A DNA stretch of 64,000 bases from Eledone cirrhosa. Lineage: Eukaryota. How positions within the stretch are numbered: the first letter of the stretch is position 1; every line of letters begins with the position of its first letter. Below, in pieces: positions 53,485-64,000 of this stretch. Position numbers and translations under genes: made by a program. The stretch covers positions 255,316,001-255,380,000 of the forward strand of contig OZ024740.1 of NCBI GenBank assembly GCA_964016885.1. The letters are read 5' to 3'. The notes below the pieces were generated by a model. It searched no databases, was not told where the DNA came from, and worked only from the letters and a program-made list of their open reading frames with translations.

Positions 53485-54383
53485 GATCAAGTACGGTATT
53501 TTTTGGTGTATAAGACTTTTTTTACTAAAAGTTCGGCGTCAAAATCTTCTTTCATATAAATAATAAAATTATACATACTTCAATGTGTGTGTGTATGTCT
53601 GTGTACGCACGTGTGTGTGTGTGTATTTAACTATACACACATGCATATACAGTCACACAGTGTGCACATATGTAATTGATACATAAACAATATGTATGCG
53701 CAAACCACGTGCCGTGCATGAATCTGTCGTTAATACTGCTTACATTAACAAACATGCACATTTGGAGCGTGCATACATGTACACACATACACAGACACAC
53801 ACATATATATACATACATGTACACACGCACACATATATATATATGTGTGTGTGTGTACATGTATGTGTGTGTGTCTGTGTATAGCGAAGGGCTTATTAAA
53901 CTACCGCAAGTTTTTTACAAGAAACTTCTTTTTTTTTGCTTACTATATATGTATATCTACATAAATGCATACAGATATACATGCATACATACATATGCAT
54001 GTATGTATATACATATATGTATGTGTATGTATATGTAAGCCACTAATATGAATTATAGCAAAATGCGTGAAAATTTTATGCACGAGTGTGTCTGTTTTCA
54101 TCTGTATGTATTTGTGTGAGTGTGTATACATGCTGATGTGTGTTTGTGTATGTAAAAGGGTGTAATATTATAACACGCGTCCAACATACAATATATGTAG
54201 AACCTCGCTTGATTTTCAAGAAATGACGGACGCCATCTTTTAAAGAGAACTATACAGCGTAGGAACACGATGATTAGAGGCCTTCTGCCACGTGGCCTAA
54301 CTTTGCTACATACCTGCCCTCACACATACACATTTTTTCTCTCTCTCTCTCTTTCTGTCAGTCTGTCTGTCTCTCTCTCTCTC

Positions 54384-54455
<72 letters not shown>

Positions 54456-54590
54456 AAAGTTAAACAAGGTTCAATGAATAAATCAAAGAATGAGTTTTAC
54501 AATAGATTGGAAGCACTCAACAGTTTGGTTTTCCAGAGTTATTAATATTAATTCAAAATATTAACAAAATAGATATGTCATGCATCATCT

Positions 54591-54657
54591 TATTTTATCT
54601 GATGAAGACGTACTGTTGAAGTTAACTCAGTACCTCTGAAATATGTATAATAAAATA
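54591..54657 (+). ncRNA. Type I hammerhead ribozyme inside a 34-bp inverted repeat
   Basis: tattttat-CTGATGA-agacgtactg...cagtacctct-GAAA-tatgta-TA-ataaaata. The inverted arms are at 54543-54576 and 54673-54706. Confidence 0.82.
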
Positions 54658-54850
54658 TACTTGATCACAAGAATATCTATTTTGTTAATATTTTGAATTA
54701 ATATTATATATATATATATATATATACATATGTGCATGTTTGTGTGTGTTTGTGTACGTATGTGTGTGAGTGTATAGAGTGGACAAGAGAAAGAGACAGG
54801 CATATATACATACATACATACATACATACACACACACATATATATATATA

Positions 54851-56439
<1,589 letters not shown>

Positions 56440-56445
56440 TGGAAA

Positions 56446-56491
<46 letters not shown>

Positions 56492-56536
56492 AAGTGTGAG
56501 AGAGAGAGAGAGAGTGATAGGTAGACAGACAGATAT

Positions 56537-56580
<44 letters not shown>

Positions 56581-56583
<3 letters not shown>

Positions 56584-58444
56584 TATTTCTTTATTAGCCA
56601 CAGGGGCACAAAAGAAGGGGACAAATACAAAGGGGGAAGTTTACATACAATAAAAACGTGTAAAATGTTATCACAGATGGAATTTAAAAGTTAGTCGATT
56701 TTCCCCAATAGAGGGAGACAGTTTATATGGGTAACACATACCCCCGAAAAAAAAATGTGCAACCCTCATCTCCAGGAGTACGAAGAGCTTGTACTCCTTT
56801 CCTCTCCTCCTCCTTTTCCTCAACCTACAGGCTGATATAGAGAGAAGGCCCATTCACTCGGGCCATTCTCGCCACTTTCACCCACCTTTCATAAAACTTG
56901 CTGGGGTACAGCACCTCTCTCTCCATCCTGATTCTTCTTCCAAAGTGGTATTTGAAAATAAGAATCAGTTGTTGGCCGGAGAGAAAGGTGTCTGACCTCA
57001 GCCCTTTCAACCTTGTCCACCATACAATCTCTTTCGCCATAGCTATCACACAAAGGAAAACCGCCTCTCCTTCGTTTTTGAAGGAGGGTGGCGGTTTGAT
57101 CATGACAATGGACTCGGTGGTCAACTGGATTGGTCCCACCCGCGACAATAGTCGTTCTACATAGCCCCACAGGTCAGTGACGCCCGGGCAGTGTATGAAT
57201 GCGTGCGCGACGGTTTCTTCGTCTCGCACGCACCTCGGACAGATCTTTTTTGCAGGGTCCCTGCCCGGGCGCCCATGTCTGTAGAGCTTGTCTCGAACTG
57301 GTAGAGCTCCTCGGTAGCACTGCCAGGCCAGGGACTTTTGGAAGTTGTCCATCGGTCCCGGGCGGAAGGTCCTACCGAACAGACTGGCTAGTTCATCTTC
57401 CTCTACGCCTAGAGTTTCACCGAGCGCGTCGTCGCACTTGCTGCGGACCAACCCTCTATAGAGTGACGAAGTGGAGTCTCCACTGATCGCCGGGTCCGCC
57501 TGCCAGAGGGCTGTGAGCGCCTGAGCACATTCGATGTGCCAGTCGCCCATTTTCCTCGGTCACTGCTTGACCCAGGACTGCAGCTCGGTCAGCGAGACGA
57601 GTCGTGGGAAGGCTCGCCTCACGAACGGGGCCCACACCGGTTGTCCGGTGAGGAATACGTAGAGATGCCGCAGCCTGAGCGCGTGTTTGCGCATCGTCAA
57701 CCACGGCATCCCCAGCCCTCCGTTAGAAGGGTGTTGGCAGCAGATGGATCTTCTCACCAAAGGAGCCCGCCTCTTCCAAAGGAATCGGAAGAGCGCGCGC
57801 TCCATTTTGGCGAGCGTTTTGGCTGGACAAGGCACGACGGTCAAGCGGTAGTAGATGGCGGACGCTATAAAAGTGTTCGCCACCCCCGCTCGACCTTTCA
57901 AGGATAGTTTGCACTCGGCCCACTTCTGGGTGAGTGCAAACACCTTGGCCGTCACTTCGTTCCAGTTCTTCTCCACCTGGAGGTCCGGACCAAACCAGAC
58001 CCCGAGCATCTTTACCGGTCCTTCCGTCCAGCGTCCGACGACGCCATCGGAAGGCATCGGTCTGCCTCTCCACGATCCGAGTTGCAAACCGATGGACCTG
58101 TCCCGGTTCAGCTTCGCTCCTGTGAGACTTTCGTATTCCTTTAGTAAGGTGCCGACTTCCTCGATTTGCGAGGCGCTCGACACCATTACTGTCACGTCGT
58201 CGGCGTAGGCCGACGCCGCTTTCCGCAGTCCCGGTTCCAGAGGGATGCCCTGCAATAGCTCCAACTTCCGCAGTAGTGACTCGAGAGTCAGTACGTACAG
58301 AAGGGAGGAGAGAGGGCATCCCTGTCGAATGGATCGCGTAATATGGAACGGCTCCGAGAGGTAACCGTTCACCTTGACCCTTGAGCAGATGTTGCTGTTG
58401 TGCATTGCAGCAATCCAGCCCCTGAACACGGGTCCGAAGCCTGA
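56581..58444 (-). mobile_element. Tx1/L1-clade LINE, 5'-truncated 3' half (RT C-terminal part + zinc finger + 3' UTR)
   Basis: SIRQGCPLS, SAYADDVTV, VKMLGVWF, NGGLGMP and CPRC...ETVAHAFIHC. A single in-frame TGA at 57560-57562 separates the two ORFs. The stop is at 56825, with AATAAA at 56595-56590 followed by (TATC)n. Confidence 0.95.
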
Positions 58445-58471
58445 GATAGATAGATAGATAGATAGAAAGAC

Positions 58472-58533
<62 letters not shown>

Positions 58534-58762
58534 CTGCCTTGTGCCAAAAGTAGAAACAATTATACTTCTTTTTATACATATATAACGTATATATATATAT
58601 ATAAAATAATTAAGTCAAATATTTAAAATTTGGCTTCGTTTATTAAAGATGTACTGCTATAAATATTTCGGTGACAGAGAATTGGTGTGGCAGAGAGAGG
58701 TACACATGTTGAGGTAAAACACTTCAACAACATGTGTACCTGTCTCTGCCACACCAATTCGG

Positions 58763-58817
58763 ACTGCCTGAAGAGGTCACAAACAATGATGGCTGTCACC
58801 GAAATATATATAGCAGT
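58763..58817 (+). ncRNA. Type I hammerhead ribozyme within a nested fold-back (58602-58868)
   Basis: actgc-CTGAAGA-ggtcaca...tgtcacc-GAAA-tatata-TA-gcagt. Confidence 0.82.
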
Positions 58818-58997
58818 ACATCTTTAATAAACGAAGCCAAATTTTAAATATTTGACTTAATTATTTTACATTTCTCCGGAGTAACTAAACCAACCTGCGT
58901 ACTTCGTCGAGTGCTCCAATCTGCATACAGAGGTGTCGGTAAACAACCAACATATACTAAAAATTAATATATATATATACAGAGTGAGAGAGAGAGG

Positions 58998-59084
<87 letters not shown>

Positions 59085-60080
59085 TGGTCATGACTGCAAT
59101 ATTTTCGATTATAAATCCTCTATATTGGGTTAACAGGGCGGTAAACCATGACATCAGCTTCTCCTCCATCAATCAAAATTCCAGTTTGTCATCCCTCTGT
59201 CTTAAATCATGCCTGAAACTGACTCTTACTAAACTAATCGAGCATTTAACCTCGTGCGTCCGTGTGTCACAGTGACGTTCACCAACACTATGTGTCTCCA
59301 TATATTTATGTTCTTGCTCTCTCTTTCTATATTTCTCTGATTGTCGCTCTGCCTCCTGTCGGTCTATGTATCTTCCTGCTTACCTTGCCTGTCTGACTGC
59401 CTGTTCGTTTGTCTGGCTGACTTGCTGGGTGACTAGGTGCTGTCAGGCTGGTAAATTGGCTGGATGGCTGGGTTGCTGTCTGGATGGGTAAGTGGATGGA
59501 TGGCTGTTAGGTTGGGTGATTGGGTGGCTGGCTGTCTAGATGGCTGTTTAGCTGTGTGGCTAAGTGGCTGTGTGACTGGGAGGCTAGCTTATCTATTTAG
59601 GAAAATCAACGGAGGACAAGACAACGAACGAAAACAATGCAAAACGATAAACAATCTTTTAAGAGGACACCGTAAAATATTAGTTTTTGAAAATTAAAAT
59701 ACAAACACAGAACTTCAGGGACATTGGCTGTTCAGATAGTCTTTGGCAGGTTCGACACCTACCAATGGTACTGTTGGTCCACCCGGGGTCACAGCGTGTG
59801 ACACAAATGAAAGCGCTTTGATTTGTCAGACGGCCGATGACCCTGGAATTCTGTGTCATTCGTATTTTTATTTTCAAAAAATATTTGTTTAAAAAACATG
59901 TTTTTCGTTTTGCCTTGTTTTCGTCCTCGCTTTGTTGGTTTTCCTAAGTTTATTATTACTAACCTGGGTCGAGCGTGTTTTCTCTTCTCCCCCATTAATT
60001 TCAATAGCTTATCTGTTATTGGTTTCAGTTCTATCACTCCTCCCTCTCCTTCTCTCATTCTGTGTGTATGTGTGTGTGTT

Positions 60081-60153
<73 letters not shown>

Positions 60154-60614
60154 ATATCTGTTTGTCTATCTGTCGGTTTGTCTGCTTGCTTGCCTGCCTG
60201 GTTGACTTCCTTGTTATTGGTTTCACACTCTGTCTATGTATTAATATGTATGTTTGTAAGTCTGTACGTCTGTAGTCTGGCTGAAAGGCTTCACTACCAT
60301 TGGTTTCTGTCTGTGTGTCTGTCTGCTTAATTGTCTGTCAGTCTGGCTAGCTGGCTGACTGTCTGAGAATCTCCTGACTGGCTGTTGGAAGAATTGGGAG
60401 GGGATCAGATTTATAGAGTGATTGAAGGAGAAAGGGATAAAGAGATAGAGAGAGGTACATAGAAATGACAGACAGGGTCAGACAATGAGAAAGAGAAAGA
60501 GAGAGAAAGATAGTAGCATCTATAAAGAAAAGGCAGAAAACGAAAGGAATATAAAGAAGAGAGCGACATATACAGCAGCAGAGGAAGAGGGAAGAGAAGG
60601 GAGAGAGAGAGAGT

Positions 60615-60697
<83 letters not shown>

Positions 60698-60715
60698 TGT
60701 GTGATATATATTAAA

Positions 60716-60833
60716 ATAGAAATGGCTTCTACAGAAATAGAACTGTTTCATTAGAAGGAAATCGCCAGGAAAGTGGTTTCCTGATGATTTCCTTCGAATG
60801 AAACAGTTCTAGTCCTGTAGAAGTCATTTCTAT
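60716..60833. repeat. Fold-back hairpin whose right arm carries a partial hammerhead (60781-60814)
   Basis: The arms atagaaatggcttctacag...caggaaa and tttcctg...ctgtagaagtcatttctat pair. The right arm reads CTGATGA-tttccttcgaat-GAAA-cagttctag-TC. Confidence 0.75.
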
Positions 60834-60917
60834 ATTAAACATTTATACTCTGAGTACCTTGCTTACTGTGATTATCCCCGATTGAACTCGGCGTACACAC
60901 TACACACACACACACAC

Positions 60918-60951
<34 letters not shown>

Positions 60952-60982
60952 GAAAACAAAAGATGGTTAAAAGAGTTCCATG

Positions 60983-61053
60983 TATTTTATTATGCGCATT
61001 TCAAAAACAAATATCATCATGGGATGATATTTGCGTTCTCATCAGATAAAATA
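60983..61053 (-). ncRNA. Type I hammerhead ribozyme with a long stem II
   Basis: Minus strand: tattttat-CTGATGA-gaacgcaaatatcatc ccat gatgatatttgttttt-GAAA-tgcgca-TA-ataaaata. Confidence 0.88.
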
Positions 61054-61167
61054 GGGAGACATGATTTGAAGCTTAAAAAACACTTGCGAGCAGTGAAGTG
61101 TTAAATCAACATATGAAAAATAAAATAAGATGGATATATGAGATTGTGCTACAATAAAACTCACCTC

Positions 61168-61270
<103 letters not shown>

Positions 61271-61362
61271 CTATCCAGCTCCAGAAACTTTTTGTATGAT
61301 ACTCTATTACTCAATTACGTGTTCTAGCCGATAGGTTGTGGCCATGCTGGGGCACCACCATA

Positions 61363-61414
<52 letters not shown>

Positions 61415-62679
61415 ACACGGAGAAAGAATGAAGGCAAAATGAGGGACAGAGATACAGTGGTTGAGAAGGAGATAAATAGAAGATAGGCATAGACAATGAG
61501 TGAGAGAGGTAGGGAAGCAAACAGACAACGGCAGTTACGATATTAACAGAGAGACAAAGAAAAGAGAAAGAGAGAGAGAGACTAAGAGACCCTCTTCTAT
61601 TATATGGTAACAATAGGGGGAGGTAACTGCTCTCTTTTCTGAAACGGTGTCAATAGGAGGAGGTTACTGATCCTTGGGTATACTGTTGTTTACTGCCCTC
61701 TTTGTAAAACATTTCACTGGACCGCCACGTTGCTGCACAATGAAGCGTGACATTCAGCTTGGATGGGTAGAGAGGCGCCACCCACGTATACAGACGCTGT
61801 CACACACACACACTGACACATGCACATACACACTGACAAGCACAGACACACATGCACACACACACACACACACACATTCGCTGACAAATGCGCTCGCATA
61901 CACTGATACATTCACACACAAACACACACTTTGACAAATGTACACATACATATGCTGATGCACACGCACAATGCTATATAGGCACAAACGCTCACACACA
62001 CATATACACACATATACACAAATACATACATACATATGCATACACACAAACACACATACATATTACATACATACTCTGACACAGGTGCATAGAGACACAC
62101 GTATTCATCCCCACGCACGCACATTTGCACATGCAAATATACAAACTTAGGCAAACATACACTCAAGCATACAAACATAACCACAAACACATACAAGCAT
62201 ACAAGCATACAAACACATACGCGCAAACATACTCAAACACCAGCATGTGCGCATATACACATCCAAATACACATATACACACACATACACCCAGGCATAC
62301 ATATATAATCAGACAAAAATACACATACCATATACATACACCCTCTCTCTTCTTCTCACCCGCTCCCTCTCTCTTCTTCTCACCTGCTTCCTCTCTCTCT
62401 CTCTCTCAGCTTCTCTCTATATTTCCCTTTCTCTCTCTCTCTCACTCTCTCTCTCTCTCTCTCTCTTTCACTCTCGCTTCACCTCTTCATCATCCCACCC
62501 TCTTCAGTTTACACACACGCACATGTATTGAACTCCCATTGGCTCCGACAATGAATTGTATTCCAGTTGTTGGAACAACGAAATGGTTGCTTGTGAAATT
62601 AATACGCAAGGAACGGAGCATTCTGCAGACAAGACAAGTGTAACCCTAACGTAAGTCTCAGGAAGATTTAGTATGACAC

Positions 62680-62824
62680 AGTGTGGCTAACGTTTTGTAT
62701 CACAGGTATAACTCACTTTTGCTGGCTGAGTGAAATAAAGTGTCTTGCTCAAGGACGCAACCTGCAGCGGGAATCGAACTCACGACCTCCCAAACAGGTT
62801 ATCTGCTATGCCATACGCCTTCAC
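62680..62824 (-). mobile_element. tRNA-derived CORE-type SINE
   Basis: gaaataaagtgtcttgctcaagga (CORE-like) followed by gggaatcgaactc (reverse-complement B-box). Confidence 0.75.
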
Positions 62825-63067
62825 ACATACATACACTCAGACATGCATATATAATGCTAGACACACATACACATACATACGGGCTCGTACACGTACACAT
62901 ACACACATACAAATCCACACCCATATATCCCCCACTCGCACATACACAGAGACACACACACACTCACAAGCGTGTGCATGTGTGGAGGAGTGATTTATTC
63001 AGCGAGAGTGAGAATAGGCTAATGAGAATGAGACGAGAAAAACGTTACAAATAATGAATGTTTGTAT

Positions 63068-63165
63068 GTGTACATGTGTGTGTGTATCAGTACATGTGTG
63101 TGTGTGTATCAGTACATGTGTGTGTGTGTATCAGTACATGTGTGTGTGTATCAGTACATGTGTGT
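63068..63165. repeat. Short tandem repeat (TG)n-tatcagtaca, about 4 copies
   Basis: Visible directly. Confidence 0.85.
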
Positions 63166-63242
63166 GAAACATTTGGCAACATCAAAAGGGGGACAGTGTC
63201 ATTAGCTACGGCTGATATAACAGAGCAACTTTTTATTTCAAT

Positions 63243-63330
63243 ACACTACTACCACTACAACTACCACTACAACTACCACTACGACTACCACTACTACTAC
63301 CACTACAACTACCACCACCTTCATCACCAT
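63243..63330. repeat. (CTACCACTACAA)n-type repeat
   Basis: Visible directly. Confidence 0.85.
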
Positions 63331-63819
63331 TAAAACAATTTGTGTAATAGTTAAGTGTGTTGTTGATGTTGTTACTATTGTCGCTGTTTATTTTGTTATT
63401 ATTAATCCTTTGTTACTGTTGTTGTCGTTTCTGTTGTTGCCATTGTTGTTGTTGATGTTGTTTTTTGTTGGTGTGATGTTTTAGTTCGGCAGATGAACGC
63501 TGGTTTCTTGCCACATTAAACATGTCGTGAACTTTGAAGAGGGAAAAAGAAGATGAAAGGTGGCTGGGGAAGAGAAACATAGAAAAGAAGAAAAAGAACA
63601 AGATATAAAAGGAAAAAAATAAGAATCCTTAAAGAATCTAATTTTACCGGAGACATTGAGTCCAAATGCGGAGTTCGATGTCTCGGGATTTGAATTAAAA
63701 AAGTAAGAATTTTTTTATTTAAAGAGCGACAAGATTCCAAACTTCATTCGTTTACCGAGTGGAGAAGATCGATGTCAGATCGGACCAAGGAAATAATGTT
63801 TCAATTGCTGATACATAGC

Positions 63820-63954
63820 AGTCGCAACTCATGGCAGAAAGAACAATGTGAAATAAAGTGTCTTGCTCAAAGAAATAATGCCCTGTCCAGGAATCGAACC
63901 CAAAACTTCAGGATTGTGAATCCAACACTCTAGCCACTAAGCCATGCGCATTCA
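63820..63954 (-). mobile_element. tRNA-derived CORE-type SINE (same family as 62680-62824)
   Basis: gtgaaataaagtgtcttgctcaa...ggaatcgaaccc...ccactaagcca (reverse-complement B and A boxes). Confidence 0.78.
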
Positions 63955-64000
63955 AGAATAAATAGCACAAGAGATCCATTCTGTCTGACACTCTAATATT

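Noticed and set aside
59680-59877. EGF-like exon candidate (CVTRCDPGWTNSTIGRC) on the minus strand
   Set aside because: Cysteine spacing is incomplete, there is no convincing polypyrimidine acceptor or partner exon, and the stretch may be a repeat fragment.

Overview
Eukaryotic, repeat-dominated DNA with no confidently identifiable host protein-coding exon. The tRNA-derived SINE types and dense (TA)n/(TG)n/(GA)n microsatellites suggest a coleoid cephalopod (octopus-like); that is an inference from memory of these repeats. About 37 kb (2.8-39.65 kb) is a single 60-bp tandem array with a 200-N gap and kb-scale higher-order duplications. Its minus strand reads as a mucin-like repeat, TTTAIPITATTPTAATTATI, but coding status is unresolved. 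The right third is a transposon graveyard: two Tx1/L1-clade LINE fragments (one nearly intact and embedded in a (GATA)n tract), two Penelope-like retroelements (RT + GIY-YIG), SINEs and a probable non-autonomous Helitron-like element. The most notable signal is about 12 type I hammerhead-ribozyme motifs between 45.6 and 61.1 kb. Many lie in short non-coding tandem units of 317-463 bp (retrozyme-like) or in fold-back structures at (TA)n tracts. Most have a palindromic stem III, and one family shows compensatory covariation in stem I. All structures were paired by eye; no computation was run.
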